NCBI GenBank assembly: GCA_964492615.1
Contig: CAZBKZ010000006.1
Location: 18,712-82,711 of the forward strand
DNA length: 64,000 bases
Direction of reading: 5' to 3'
Origin: an uncultured Syntrophomonadaceae bacterium
Lineage (GTDB): Bacteria > Bacillota > Dethiobacteria > DTU022
Positions within the stretch are counted from its first letter, which is position 1. Each line of letters opens with the position of its first letter. A program made the position numbers and the translations under genes. The notes under the pieces are model-generated. The model was given only the letters and a program-made list of their open reading frames with translations. It had not been told where the DNA came from and did no database searches. This document shows, in pieces, positions 20,127 through 30,892 of the stretch.

Positions 20127-21245
20127 CTATAGCTCGTCCAAAACCTCACCAAGAGCTTTCAGTAAACGTTCATTTTGTTTTTCGGTCCCGTAAGTGACCC
20201 TGATATAAGTGGGGAAGCCAAATATATCACCTGTTCGTACGATAACTCCCTTTTTCATAAGTGCCGTAAATGCTTTTCTCGAATCAACACCGAGATCAAC
20301 AAAACAGAAATTGGCCTGATCGGGGATTGCTTTGATATTAAGTTTTGAAAAACCTTCGGCCAGCTGTCCGCGAGCCTTCGCTACCATCTTTCTGCTCTTT
20401 TCAATATGATCCTCATCCTGCAGCGCTGCCATGGCAGCTGCCTGGGCCATGGCATTCACATTAAAGGGCTCTCTCACCCTGTTCATTTCCGCAATAATTT
20501 CCTTTGCAGCAATACCATAACCTATACGCAGCCCGGCAAGTCCGTATATTTTAGAGAAAGTACGCATTGCAACCACTGGCAGACCACGCTTTATATATTC
20601 CAAGCCACTGGAGCAATCCATATCATCAGCATATTCCAGGTAAGCCTGATCCAGAACAAGAAAAACCCCGTCCGGCAGTTTTTCAACCAGGTAGTCCAAT
20701 TCTTTTTTTCCGATTATAGTTCCGGTTGGGTTGTTGGGGCTGCAAACAAATATAATTTTTGTTTTATTGTTAATGCGACTTAAGAGCATGTCGGGATCAT
20801 AAGCAAACATTTCTCCCTGCAGGGGAACATTTACCGGTTCTGCTCCCATAATACGGGTGGCAAAATCATATTCCGAAAAACTGGGTTGAACCATTATTGT
20901 TTCATCTCCGGCTTTAACATAGGCAAGAGTCATAAAAGAAAGCAGCTCATCCGAACCGTTGCCGAAAATTAGCTGATCCGGCTGTATGTCAAGTTTTTTT
21001 GAAAGGGCTTCTCTTAGATAGTAAGCGTTTCCATCAGGATATATATGCATCTTGTTGATATAGTTTTTCATTGCTTCCACGGCAAGGGGTGAAGGGCCAA
21101 GAGGGTTTTCATTTGAAGCCAGCTTGATTACATCAGTCAGCCCCATCTCCCTCTCCACTTCCTCTACCGGTTTTCCAGGAACATAAGGTTTAATTTTTTC
21201 CAGGTACGAATGCATATCCGGTTTTTTCACAGGTATACCCTCCAA
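20127..21245 (-). CDS. hisC: Histidinol-phosphate aminotransferase
   Basis: Class-II aminotransferase; ASNENPLGPSP N-terminal region and PLP-lysine context FSKIYGLAGLRIGYG. Confidence 0.8.
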   Translation of the reverse strand: MEGIPVKKPDMHSYLEKIKPYVPGKPVEEVEREMGLTDVIKLASNENPLGPSPLAVEAMKNYINKMHIYPDGNAYYLREALSKKLDIQPDQLIFGNGSDELLSFMTLAYVKAGDETIMVQPSFSEYDFATRIMGAEPVNVPLQGEMFAYDPDMLLSRINNKTKIIFVCSPNNPTGTIIGKKELDYLVEKLPDGVFLVLDQAYLEYADDMDCSSGLEYIKRGLPVVAMRTFSKIYGLAGLRIGYGIAAKEIIAEMNRVREPFNVNAMAQAAAMAALQDEDHIEKSRKMVAKARGQLAEGFSKLNIKAIPDQANFCFVDLGVDSRKAFTALMKKGVIVRTGDIFGFPTYIRVTYGTEKQNERLLKALGEVLDEL

Positions 21246-21379
21246 TTTATTATTTTATATATTGCATTATACACCAGGATCACCCTTTACAGCTTACATT
21301 CAAGTAACATTCCAGCAATTAACTGATTCTTACCTTACACCGTTTTATAAATATTTTTAAAAATAATTTAATATACCTC

Positions 21380-21408
21380 TTGCTTTATCCTTTTAATTCT
21401 GTTATATT
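21380..21408 (+). promoter_or_regulatory. Sigma-A-type promoter for the T-box leader
   Basis: TTGCTT, 17-nt spacer, TATATT. Confidence 0.4.
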
Positions 21409-21439
21409 TTATTAATAAAATTATAAATAAAAGCTTTGA

Positions 21440-21675
21440 AGGGGATAAATACTCCGGTAAACCGGTTTAGAGAGGGTTTAAATGCTGAAAGAACCCCCGG
21501 TAACCTGAGGAATAAGCCACCCCGGAGCTGTTGTGCCGAAGCATTAAGTTTAAGCACAACCGGTTGCAATACCGTTAAAGAAAACGAGAGGCTCGATTTT
21601 TGGGCAACTGGAGTGGTACCGCGGGAAACAAACCCGTCTCTTTATAGAGGCGGGTTTTTTATTTTAACAGTAAGG
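21440..21675 (+). ncRNA. T-box riboswitch leader (stem I, T-box sequence, terminator)
   Basis: AGAGAG K-turn-like element in stem I, T-box sequence AACTGGAGTGGTACCGCGGG at 21606-21625, and terminator CCCGTCTCT-TTATAG-AGAGGCGGG followed by TTTTTTATTTT. Confidence 0.7.
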
Positions 21676-21694
21676 CCCAGGGAGGTTTTAAACC

Positions 21695-22936
21695 ATGACA
21701 ATTGAATGGCAACAATCTTATGCAGAGCGAACCAGGCACATGCAAGGTTCACAAATCAGACAATACTTCGCCTTAACCGAAAGACCGGAAGTCATTTCTT
21801 TCGCCGGAGGATTCCCGGGAAACGAATTTTTCCCGAGTGATGATATTGCCTCCGCCCTGGCCAGGCTTGTTAAAAAAGAAAGTAAACTGGCCCTGCAGTA
21901 CACCTCAACTGAAGGTCATTTTGACCTTCGTAATTACCTGGCCGGCAAAATGAACAGTAACGGCGCTTCAATAAATGCCGATCACATAATAATTACTGAC
22001 GGTTCTCAACAGGGTATTGATCTTCTCAGCAGGGTCCTGATCAATTCAGGTGAAGCAGTATTGGTGGAAGAACCAGCTTATATTGGCGGAATGGGTGCTA
22101 TTAAATCATATGGCGGGGTTCCGGTTGGTATACCAATGGATAAGAAGGGCCCTCTTCCCGGCAAAATGGAAGAAATAATAATTGACCAGATCAAGAAAGG
22201 TAACAGGCCAAAAGTTTTTTACACCGTTCCCAATTTCCAGAACCCAACCGGCATAACCACAAGTGCTGAGCGCCGCAGGGCAATACTTGACCTTGCTTAC
22301 CGCTATAATATCATCATTATTGAAGATGACCCCTACGGCGAATTATGTTATGAAGGCTCTGTTCCCGAAAGCTACATGTCAATAGATAAAAATGAACATG
22401 TTATTTATCTCGGATCCTATTCCAAAATTCTCATCCCGGGAATTCGCATAGGCTGGATGGCCGGCCCCCGGCCGCTGATTGAAAAAGTTTCTTTGGCGAA
22501 GCAAACAACCAACCTCTGCTCCAGCTCACTGGGGCAGCAGCTGGCTTTCCGACTTTCAGAAGAAGGGTATGTCGACCGGCATATCAATAAACTGATCGGC
22601 CTTTATCGCAACAAGAGAGATATCATGTTGAAAGCAATGAAGCAGCACTTTCCATCGGATGTAGCGTTTACCAAACCTGAAGGCGGCTTTTTCGTCTGGG
22701 TTAAATTCCCCGATTACTATCCTTCCAGTAAAGAAATACTTGATTACGCTCTGCAGCATAATGTTGCTTACGTCCATGGGGAAGGCTTTTTCAGTAACAG
22801 CGATGGCGGCAGTCACGGCGCCAGGTTTTCTTTCAGTCAGCCAACATCCGAACAGATCAGCAGGGGCATTGCTACTTTGGGCAAAATACTGCACGCCCTG
22901 AGGCCAGATCAAAGATTAAAAGCTGTCGGTCAATAA
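21695..22936 (+). CDS. PLP-dependent aminotransferase (class I/II fold, LysN/MocR-C-like catalytic domain, no HTH)
   Basis: 413 aa; QIRQYFAL...ISFAGGFP N-terminal region and YSKILIPGIRIGW PLP-lysine context. Confidence 0.7.
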   Translation: MTIEWQQSYAERTRHMQGSQIRQYFALTERPEVISFAGGFPGNEFFPSDDIASALARLVKKESKLALQYTSTEGHFDLRNYLAGKMNSNGASINADHIIITDGSQQGIDLLSRVLINSGEAVLVEEPAYIGGMGAIKSYGGVPVGIPMDKKGPLPGKMEEIIIDQIKKGNRPKVFYTVPNFQNPTGITTSAERRRAILDLAYRYNIIIIEDDPYGELCYEGSVPESYMSIDKNEHVIYLGSYSKILIPGIRIGWMAGPRPLIEKVSLAKQTTNLCSSSLGQQLAFRLSEEGYVDRHINKLIGLYRNKRDIMLKAMKQHFPSDVAFTKPEGGFFVWVKFPDYYPSSKEILDYALQHNVAYVHGEGFFSNSDGGSHGARFSFSQPTSEQISRGIATLGKILHALRPDQRLKAVGQ

Positions 22937-23005
22937 ATAAACATTATTACAATATTTTTCGATGCTGTCTATTTGCTAAATACTACTGGCGAAAGGGAAA
23001 GCAGT

Positions 23006-23647
23006 ATGAATGAAATAGTAATTGTTGATAGCGAGTGCGCAAACCTGAATAGCATTTGCAAAGCAGTTAAAGCAGCAGGTCTATCCGCAGTGATTACCGA
23101 TAAACCCGATATAATAACCGGGGCAAAAGCGGTAATCTTCCCCGGCGTTGGTTCTTATAAACATGCCATGCAGGTTTTAGAGCAAAAAAAACTGGTATCG
23201 CCATTACTGGCATCGATTAATAAAGGTACGCCATTTCTCGGCATCTGCCTCGGCATGCAGCTACTCTTTACCTGCAGTGAAGAAACCCATGTACAGGATT
23301 CCACTAATAAGATTCAAGGGTTAAATGCCATTAAAGGCCTCGTTGGTCGCTTTAGCGGAGACCTTCCTGTTCCTCATGTCGGCTGGAATAAAGTTAGGCC
23401 TGTTGCAGGCCATCCACTTTTCTACGGTTTGGGCAATAACAGTTATTTTTATTTCACCCATTCTTACTATGTAATACCTGAAAATAATGAAAACATACTG
23501 GCTGAAACCAGCTACGGCATTAATTTTACCTCGGCAGTAATCAGAAACAACCTGCTCGGAGTACAGTTTCACCCGGAGAAAAGCGGCCCGGCAGGCTTGC
23601 GCCTCCTCTCTAATTTTGGTAAGATTATAGCCGGTAAAGAGCAATAG
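23006..23647 (+). CDS. hisH: Imidazole glycerol phosphate synthase, glutamine amidotransferase subunit
   Basis: GICLGMQLL catalytic Cys and HVGWNKV motif. The ATG at 23006 is preceded by AAAGGGAAAG. Confidence 0.85.
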   Translation: MNEIVIVDSECANLNSICKAVKAAGLSAVITDKPDIITGAKAVIFPGVGSYKHAMQVLEQKKLVSPLLASINKGTPFLGICLGMQLLFTCSEETHVQDSTNKIQGLNAIKGLVGRFSGDLPVPHVGWNKVRPVAGHPLFYGLGNNSYFYFTHSYYVIPENNENILAETSYGINFTSAVIRNNLLGVQFHPEKSGPAGLRLLSNFGKIIAGKEQ

Positions 23648-23670
23648 TTAAAGCGAAACAGGTGAAATAA

Positions 23671-24489
23671 ATGCTGGCAAAAAGAATTATTCCTTGTCTG
23701 GATGTGCGGGACGGCCGTGTGGTTAAAGGTACCCGCTTTATTAATTTAAGGGATGCCGGCGACCCTGTTGAGCGAGCTCGCTATTATGATCAGGAAGGCG
23801 CAGACGAAATTATATTTCTTGACATAACTGCATCGGTCGAAAAACGCCGCGCCATAGTCGATGTTGTCAGTAAAACTGCCGAAGTTGTTTTCATCCCCCT
23901 GACTGTGGGAGGCGGAATTGATAACGTTCAGTTTATGCATGAGCTGCTACAAGGCGGAGCCGACAAAGTATCGCTTAATACCGCAGCTTTGAATAATCCC
24001 AATTTGATCAGTCAGGGTGCAGAGAGATTCGGTAGTCAGTGTATTGTTGCCGCAATTGATGCCCGGCGAAGGGATGATGTACAAGCTGGGAAAACTTCCT
24101 GGGAAGTTTTCAGTCACGGTGGCCGTCAACCAACCGGACGCGAGGTAATAAGCTGGGCAAAAGAAGCAGAAGATCTTGGGGCGGGAGAAATATTACTAAC
24201 CTCAATGGATGCTGACGGAACCCTGAAAGGTTATGATAACGAACTGCTGGCGGCAGTGACAAACGCTGTTAATATTCCCGTTATTGCCTCCGGGGGCGCC
24301 GGCAAACTTGAGCATCTTTACGATGCTCTAACCATAGGGCAGGCTCATGCCGTTTTAGCCGCATCTATCCTGCATTTTGGTACTTTCAGCATAGCTGATA
24401 TTAAAAAATACCTGTCCTTAAAAGGACTTCCGGTAAGACCTGTTACCGGTAACAAAGATTACGATTTGCGAGAGGAGTTTTTGGGATGA
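23671..24489 (+). CDS. hisF: Imidazole glycerol phosphate synthase cyclase subunit
   Basis: [21 protein letters not shown]-terminus characteristic of HisF. Confidence 0.85.
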   Translation: MLAKRIIPCLDVRDGRVVKGTRFINLRDAGDPVERARYYDQEGADEIIFLDITASVEKRRAIVDVVSKTAEVVFIPLTVGGGIDNVQFMHELLQGGADKVSLNTAALNNPNLISQGAERFGSQCIVAAIDARRRDDVQAGKTSWEVFSHGGRQPTGREVISWAKEAEDLGAGEILLTSMDADGTLKGYDNELLAAVTNAVNIPVIASGGAGKLEHLYDALTIGQAHAVLAASILHFGTFSIADIKKYLSLKGLPVRPVTGNKDYDLREEFLG

Positions 24490-25370
24490 AAGAACAGGGA
24501 ACATTTAGGGTAAAAAAAGGTATGGCCCAGATGCAAAAAGGCGGGGTTATCATGGATGTTACCACCGTTGAACAGGCCCGTATTGCAGAGAAAGCCGGCG
24601 CGGTTGCCGTTATGGCCCTCGAGCGTGTCCCGGCCGATATCAGAGCCGCAGGAGGAGTGGCCAGGATGGCTGACCCCGAGATGGTAACTAAAATCATGGA
24701 CGCAGTTACCATCCCCGTGATGGCCAAGGTTAGAATCGGTCATTTCGCCGAAGCACAGATTCTGGAAGAACTCGGTGTGGATTATATTGATGAAAGTGAA
24801 GTGCTCACCCCAGCTGATGAGCAATATCATATAAACAAGCACCTGTTTAAAGTTCCATTTGTCTGTGGTGCCAGAAACCTGGGTGAAGCTTTAAGGCGAA
24901 TTTCAGAAGGGGCAGCCATGATTCGTACCAAGGGAGAACCTGGAACAGGTAACGTTGTTGAGGCTGTCCGTCACATGCGTAAGGTGATGGATGAAATACG
25001 CCAGGTCCTCGGCAAAGTAGATGATGAACTGGTTGTAATGGCTAAGGAAATGGGCGTTTCTATTGAAATGTTAAAGGAAGTCAGGGAAGCAGGACGTCTC
25101 CCGGTTGTAAACTTCGCCGCAGGAGGCATCGCCTCCCCGGCAGACGCTTCACTGATGATGCAACTTGGTTCAGATGGTATTTTTGTAGGTTCGGGAATAT
25201 TCAAATCGGAAAAACCCCAATTGGTTGCCGAGGCGATTGTTCAGGCTACCTTGCATTATGATGATCCGGCTTTACTGGCTAAAATCTCCAGGGGTTTGGG
25301 TGAAGCTATGCCCGGTTTGGAAATGTCTACCCTTACCGAAGCAGACCGTATGCAAGAACGGGGTATTTAG
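24486..25370 (+). CDS. pdxS: Pyridoxal 5'-phosphate synthase lyase subunit
   Basis: [35 protein letters not shown] is highly conserved PdxS sequence. Confidence 0.85.
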   Translation: MKEQGTFRVKKGMAQMQKGGVIMDVTTVEQARIAEKAGAVAVMALERVPADIRAAGGVARMADPEMVTKIMDAVTIPVMAKVRIGHFAEAQILEELGVDYIDESEVLTPADEQYHINKHLFKVPFVCGARNLGEALRRISEGAAMIRTKGEPGTGNVVEAVRHMRKVMDEIRQVLGKVDDELVVMAKEMGVSIEMLKEVREAGRLPVVNFAAGGIASPADASLMMQLGSDGIFVGSGIFKSEKPQLVAEAIVQATLHYDDPALLAKISRGLGEAMPGLEMSTLTEADRMQERGI

Positions 25371-25373
25371 TAG

Positions 25374-25952
25374 ATGAAGATTGGTGTTCTATCAGTACAG
25401 GGCGCAGTCTCTGAACACATATCCCTGCTAGAAAAGTGCGGTGTGGAAGCATTAAATGTAAAAAGCATTGACATGCTTAACGAGGTTTGCGGCCTAATTA
25501 TTCCCGGCGGAGAAAGCACTACCATTGGGAAGTTAATTGAATTATTCGGTCTGGCAAAATCAATAAAAGAGCGTGCTGCATCAGGCAACCTTGCCGTTTT
25601 TGGTACCTGCGCCGGCATGGTCTTAATGGCTTATGAGATTTCTGACGGTCTTGAAAACCAACCGCGCCTCGGGTTAATGAATATCCGGGTTAAGCGCAAT
25701 GCCTTCGGCCGACAGAGAGAAAGTTTTGAAGCAGAAATTGACTTTAACTCATTTACAGAACCACTGACCGGAGTTTTTATAAGAGCTCCTTTAATTGAAA
25801 GTGCAGGAGATAATGTCGAGATACTGGCTAAACTGCCCGAAGGCATTATAGCTGCCCGGCAGGGAAATCTTCTGACAACCTCCTTTCATCCGGAACTGAC
25901 TGACGACAGCAGGGTTCACCAATATTTTGCAGAGATGTGTAAAGGGATTTAA
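25374..25952 (+). CDS. pdxT: Pyridoxal 5'-phosphate synthase glutaminase subunit
   Basis: Class-I GATase with GTCAGMVLM catalytic Cys; adjacent to pdxS. Confidence 0.85.
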   Translation: MKIGVLSVQGAVSEHISLLEKCGVEALNVKSIDMLNEVCGLIIPGGESTTIGKLIELFGLAKSIKERAASGNLAVFGTCAGMVLMAYEISDGLENQPRLGLMNIRVKRNAFGRQRESFEAEIDFNSFTEPLTGVFIRAPLIESAGDNVEILAKLPEGIIAARQGNLLTTSFHPELTDDSRVHQYFAEMCKGI

Positions 25953-26002
25953 TTTTATATGCCCGAGCCCGGTGGGCTGGGAAGATATAAAAACATTTCC
26001 CC

Positions 26003-26045
26003 CAAAACCCCTCTCCTCCCAGGCGAGAGGGGTTTTGGTTTTATG
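26003..26045. terminator. Bidirectional rho-independent terminator between pdxT and guaA
   Basis: AAAACCCCTCTC-ctcccaggc-GAGAGGGGTTTT (12-bp stem) followed by GGTTTTATGTTT. Confidence 0.6.
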
Positions 26046-26158
26046 TTTCCACCATTCCGAAGTTTACTTCTGCAGCACTATTTCTCCTTCCGGGGGAGAA
26101 AGTTTTATTTATTCAGCTCTACCCTTCTATTCAAGACGACAGCAGGCTCACTGCCCGG

Positions 26159-27763
26159 CTACTCCCACTCTATTGTGCCTGGCGGTTTGGAGGTAATATC
26201 ATAAACCACACGTGCTGCTTCTGCTATCTCACCAGTGATTCTGGCCGAAGCTTTCTCAAGAAGGTCGTGCGGCAGGCGTGCCCAATCGGCAGTCATGGCA
26301 TCTTCCGACAGCACAGCTCTCAGAGCTATGACCGGACCGTAATGACGATCATCCCCTTTAACCCCGACCACATTAACTCCTGTTAATACAGCAAAATACT
26401 GCCACAGATCATCTTTCAAGCCGGCTTTATCAATCTCTTCCCGAAATATCGCATCCGCTTTCTGAAGCAGTAGCAGTTTGTTTTCTGTAATTTCACCAAT
26501 AATCCTGACAGCCAAACCGGGGCCCGGGAATGGTTGTCTTTTTAATATCGAGTCAGGCAGTCCCAATTCAGACCCTACCAGGCGAACTTCATCTTTAAAA
26601 AGTTCACGCAGCGGTTCAATTAAATCAAAACCAAGTTCATCCGGCAAACCACCAACGTTGTGATGTGACTTTATAACAGCTGATCCGTTAACCGTACCAC
26701 TTTCGATTACATCCGGATAAATAGTACCCTGGGCCAGGAAAGTAATATCTCCCATGGAAAGGGCTTTTTCTTTAAAAACATTAATAAACTCAGCACCGAT
26801 GATCATTCTTTTTACTTCAGGGTCCATGATGCCGGTTAATTTATCCAAAAATTGTTTTCGGGCGTCAATATGTATAAAACGTCCTTTCAACCTTTCCTGG
26901 AATAATTTTACAACCTGCTTTGCCTCATCCAATCGCAATAATCCATGATCCACAAAAATATAGACAGCCCTGTCCGCTACAGCTTTATCCAACAAAAAGG
27001 CCACGACCGAGGAATCCACACCACCGCTTAAAGCACATACCACCTTATCCTTTTCACCAAGGGTATTCCTGATCATACTTACAGCATCATTAATAAAACT
27101 GCCCGGGCTCCAGGTTTTTTCACACCGGCAGACATTGAACAGGAATGCCTTTAGAACGCTGTTTCCTCCGGGAGTGTGAAAAACTTCAGGATGAAACTGA
27201 ACACCGTATATCTTTTTTTCGTGACTGCCGATAGCCGCCAGGGTATTATTTTCTGTGCGGGCTAATACCGAGAAACCGGGTGGTGTATTCAATACCTCGT
27301 CCTGGTGACTCATCCAGCCACAGTTGTTCTCTTTATCATTGAACAATTCGTCGGAGAAAAGAGGGTTCTTCTCAACTATACTGAATGATGTTCGGCCAAA
27401 CTCGGAACGGTTACCTTTTGCCACTTTCCCGCCTAGTTCCAGGGCCAGCAGTTGCATTCCGTAACAGATACCGAGAATTGGCACTTTACCTTCGTAAACA
27501 GCAAGATCACAGCGGGGAGCATCATTTCCATGCACAGAAGCAGGGCTTCCGGAAAGAATAATGCCGGCAGGATTAAGAGCGGCAATATCATTCCAGGCCG
27601 TATTATAAGGAACAAGTTCGCAATATACGCCTGCCTCCCTGATTCTTCTGGCGATTAACATACTGTATTGACCGCCAAAATCAAGGATTACAACCTTTTC
27701 ACGCAAGCTGCCGGAATCGTCAGCCAAAAAATGCTTCATCAATTTAATAAATTCTCCTTTCAA
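26159..27763 (-). CDS. guaA: GMP synthase (glutamine-hydrolysing)
   Basis: GATase GICYGMQ, PP-loop SGGVDSSV and C-terminal ...IEWE. Confidence 0.85.
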   Translation of the reverse strand: MKGEFIKLMKHFLADDSGSLREKVVILDFGGQYSMLIARRIREAGVYCELVPYNTAWNDIAALNPAGIILSGSPASVHGNDAPRCDLAVYEGKVPILGICYGMQLLALELGGKVAKGNRSEFGRTSFSIVEKNPLFSDELFNDKENNCGWMSHQDEVLNTPPGFSVLARTENNTLAAIGSHEKKIYGVQFHPEVFHTPGGNSVLKAFLFNVCRCEKTWSPGSFINDAVSMIRNTLGEKDKVVCALSGGVDSSVVAFLLDKAVADRAVYIFVDHGLLRLDEAKQVVKLFQERLKGRFIHIDARKQFLDKLTGIMDPEVKRMIIGAEFINVFKEKALSMGDITFLAQGTIYPDVIESGTVNGSAVIKSHHNVGGLPDELGFDLIEPLRELFKDEVRLVGSELGLPDSILKRQPFPGPGLAVRIIGEITENKLLLLQKADAIFREEIDKAGLKDDLWQYFAVLTGVNVVGVKGDDRHYGPVIALRAVLSEDAMTADWARLPHDLLEKASARITGEIAEAARVVYDITSKPPGTIEWE

Positions 27764-27820
27764 ACTGCCAGATTCCCGGTCTTGAGCAATCAGGAACTTA
27801 ACTGGTGAAACTTATTCTAT

Positions 27821-27852
27821 AAAAAGCAAAACCCCGTTTAAACCCGGGGCCT
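27821..27852 (-). terminator. Terminator at the end of the kinase island
   Basis: On the minus strand, GGCCCCGGG-TTTAAA-CGGGG is followed by TTTTGCTTTTT. Confidence 0.5.
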
Positions 27853-27936
27853 GCTGCCAAATCACATTATCTGCTTCACAAAACTTCAGCTTAATTCAGG
27901 CTTAAACCGGACTTCTTGATTCTTCTTCATCTGTTA

Positions 27937-30045
27937 CTAAAAACCGCTTTCCAACAAGTTACGTCCACTGCCATCCAGGCGAACCTTATAGATGTTATCC
28001 TGTTCGGCCTGATCCATGTAAAGTATCCAGTCACCGATTACGTTTATGTAGCGAACCGCTTCGGATACCAGTTTAACTCTTCCTGTACCGTCTGTTTTTA
28101 CTTTATTCAGCGAGAATTCGTCCTCTTCGTCGGCATAGTAGATCCAACCATCAGCAACATTGATAAACCAGGCTGGCTGTTCAATTACTTTTTCATTTTC
28201 AGAGCCATCAGTCTTCATTCTATAAATACTTGATCCGTCATCCTCATTAATATAATAAACCCAGCCATCAGCCACATTTATACTGGATGAAGCGTTATCA
28301 TTAATTTTTTCTTTCTGGCCGGCATCAGAACTAACCCGGTAAATTTTATTTCCATCATCACGGTTAGCATAGTAGATCCAGTCTTCTTCTATATATAGAG
28401 ACCATGCGGTATCTTCACTAAGCCTTGTCTTCCCCTCTCCGCTGCTGCTGATTCTGTAAAGACGATAATCATCGCTTTCATCAAGATAATAGAGCCAACC
28501 GTCTGCCAGCGTTGTGAACCAGGCTCCGTTGTCTGTAAGTGACTCCCTGTTTCCGCCATTCCGGTCAACTCTGTATATTCTATTATTATCATCACGGTTG
28601 CTGTAATAAATATAATCTCCGGATACATTAATAAACCAGGCAGAATCCACACTGATTGCCCTTGTTTCACCCGAACCGGAAGTTCCCACCTGCAGACTTC
28701 CCCCCTGGTTACTGCGGAAGAAAATTTGATCGCCCTGGAGAGCAGCCAGACCACCATTACTAATATTCCCTCCGCTGTTCCCAAAATAATTGGCTTCTGT
28801 TTGTACACTACCCTCGTTAACAGCAGCATCAATTTCGTTTTCTACTTCCGGCCCTGCTCCAACGGATTGATCTGTAGTAACATCCGCATCACTTCCACCT
28901 AAAACTCCACTGGCCCAAAGTCCATACCCCCCGGCGCCAATTACCAGGGCGGCAACCACACCGATAATCAGGCTCAAAGGGATTGCTTTCTTTTCAGTTT
29001 CAGTTTTTACAGCAGCACCAGCTGCCTGATTTATAGCAGCAGGAGTCGGGGCAGTTACACCACCCGTGCATTTACCCATCAACACATCCTGAAAGTCCTG
29101 GATACTTTGAAAACGGTCTTCAGCACGGACAGCAAGAGCTTTTAATAAAGCTTTTTCTTCGTCATCGTTAAGCGCAGCACCCAGTTTCGATGGCGGTTCC
29201 AAGGGATCTTCGACAAGCCGTTCCAGCGCCTCGGGCGGTTGTTTACCGGTTACCAGGTGGTAATAAGTAGCTGCGATAGCGTAAATGTCGGTCCAAGGCC
29301 CCTGCACTCCCTTACTTCGATATTGTTCTTCAGGGGCATAACCGGGTTTGAGAATTATCGACAAGCTTCGCCCTTTTTCACCAATTGCCTGGCGGGCAGC
29401 GCCAAAATCGATCAAGATCACCTGACCTTTTTTGTTGATAAAAATATTATCCGGGCTTATATCGCGGTGTAGGATATTTACCGAATGGACCTCCTTCAGG
29501 GCATCCATAACAGGCATTAAAATGCCCCGGGCCTGGTCAACCGGCAACACTCCACCGGCATTCGCCAAATGCTCTTTAACAGTAATTCCTTCTACATAGC
29601 TCATTACAAAATAAGCAGTTCCGTTAGCTTTGAAGAAATCGCGAACTGAAACGATATTGGGATGCCCTTCAAACTGGGCCAGGGTCCGTGCTTCCTGGAG
29701 GAACTTATCCAGGCCGTATTCATACTGGCTACCCATACTTCCACTGTATGCCGACACCTGGCTATGCCCGGCAGCCCTTGAGGCAAGATCCTGGGGAAAG
29801 TATTCCTTAATCGCCAGTTTAACATTCAGATTGAGATCCCAGGCCAGATAAGTTATGCCAAAACCGCCCTGCCCGAGCACCCGACCAACAAGGTACTTAT
29901 TCTCAAGAACTGTGCGCGGTGGCAAGTATAAAGGTGATTCAGGCGCTGTTCCTTCAACAAAGCCGCAGTTTGAACATTTAGCTTCATCACCCGGTTTTTC
30001 TGTCATACAACCCATGCATAATCTATCAATATCCAAAGGAATCAC
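27937..30045 (-). CDS. Ser/Thr protein kinase: N-terminal zinc ribbon, kinase domain, TM, and extracellular DUF5050-like beta-propeller repeats
   Basis: CMGCMTEKPGDEAKCSNCGF zinc ribbon; GQGGFGITY, LAIKE, HRDISPDNIF, DFGAAR and APEE kinase motifs; a TM helix; and six ~40-aa WIYY..N..DG..IYR...DGS repeats. Confidence 0.8.
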   Translation of the reverse strand: MIPLDIDRLCMGCMTEKPGDEAKCSNCGFVEGTAPESPLYLPPRTVLENKYLVGRVLGQGGFGITYLAWDLNLNVKLAIKEYFPQDLASRAAGHSQVSAYSGSMGSQYEYGLDKFLQEARTLAQFEGHPNIVSVRDFFKANGTAYFVMSYVEGITVKEHLANAGGVLPVDQARGILMPVMDALKEVHSVNILHRDISPDNIFINKKGQVILIDFGAARQAIGEKGRSLSIILKPGYAPEEQYRSKGVQGPWTDIYAIAATYYHLVTGKQPPEALERLVEDPLEPPSKLGAALNDDEEKALLKALAVRAEDRFQSIQDFQDVLMGKCTGGVTAPTPAAINQAAGAAVKTETEKKAIPLSLIIGVVAALVIGAGGYGLWASGVLGGSDADVTTDQSVGAGPEVENEIDAAVNEGSVQTEANYFGNSGGNISNGGLAALQGDQIFFRSNQGGSLQVGTSGSGETRAISVDSAWFINVSGDYIYYSNRDDNNRIYRVDRNGGNRESLTDNGAWFTTLADGWLYYLDESDDYRLYRISSSGEGKTRLSEDTAWSLYIEEDWIYYANRDDGNKIYRVSSDAGQKEKINDNASSSINVADGWVYYINEDDGSSIYRMKTDGSENEKVIEQPAWFINVADGWIYYADEEDEFSLNKVKTDGTGRVKLVSEAVRYINVIGDWILYMDQAEQDNIYKVRLDGSGRNLLESGF

Positions 30046-30092
30046 TCCATTCGCTTCTACCGGCTAAAATAGATATATGTTGTAATAATATA

Positions 30093-30821
30093 CTAAGAAA
30101 CAATTAATGCAAGTGCAGAATAATTATCGTGACCTTCCTCTGCTTTACTGATAACCTTTCCTTCCATAATCTCAAGCCACTTTTGAGTCGTTCTGCTTTG
30201 AGCCAGGCTATCTTCCATCTCTGATTCTATAACATATTCCCAAAACCCGTCACTGCATAAAAGAAAACGGTCCCCCTCCTCTAACCGCACCGGCTTATCT
30301 GAATAGCGAATTTTGTTGAAATTACTGCTGTCAAAAGAGGCTGTCAACCTGTTACGATCTTCATGAAAGCGAATCTCATCTGCTGTTATACTACCGCTGT
30401 CGGCCAGATGCTGCGGGACACTGTGATCCCTGGTCTGAAAAGCAAGCCTGCCCGACCTAAACAGGTATAGCCTGGAGTCACCAACATGAGCCCAACAGGC
30501 CTTGTCCTCGCCGGTTAACAAGACGACCAGGGTTGTTTTTAAAGACGACTCCTTTCTTTCTGCACTTCTTAGTTGTTCAAGGGCCAAGGCGGCATTTCGC
30601 ATATATTCCTGTAACTTTTCAGTTGAAAAACCGGGGGACGCATTGAACGAAGATATTATACTTTTAGCTACAGCTTTTGAAGCAATATCACCACCGCGAT
30701 GACCACCCAGCCCATCAGCCATGATATAGCAACCGAACTCGTCAAGAATGTTGTAGTCGGTATAATCTTCATTAACCTTACGTCCACCGGGGTTAGAAAG
30801 CATGGAAACATCAATTTTCAT
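30093..30821 (-). CDS. PP2C-family Ser/Thr phosphatase
   Basis: ADGLGGHRGGDIASK and DGFWE metal-binding motifs. Confidence 0.8.
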   Translation of the reverse strand: MKIDVSMLSNPGGRKVNEDYTDYNILDEFGCYIMADGLGGHRGGDIASKAVAKSIISSFNASPGFSTEKLQEYMRNAALALEQLRSAERKESSLKTTLVVLLTGEDKACWAHVGDSRLYLFRSGRLAFQTRDHSVPQHLADSGSITADEIRFHEDRNRLTASFDSSNFNKIRYSDKPVRLEEGDRFLLCSDGFWEYVIESEMEDSLAQSRTTQKWLEIMEGKVISKAEEGHDNYSALALIVS

Positions 30822-30892
30822 GTTGCTTTTCCCTTTTGAGAAATCTCAGTTTAGTTATATTTACTGTAAACAAAAACTCATGTTACTATTCA

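Noticed and set aside
21436-21705. 89-aa ORF called on the plus strand
   Set aside because: Coincides exactly with the T-box leader (stem I, T-box sequence, terminator) upstream of the aminotransferase. It is an RNA element, not coding.
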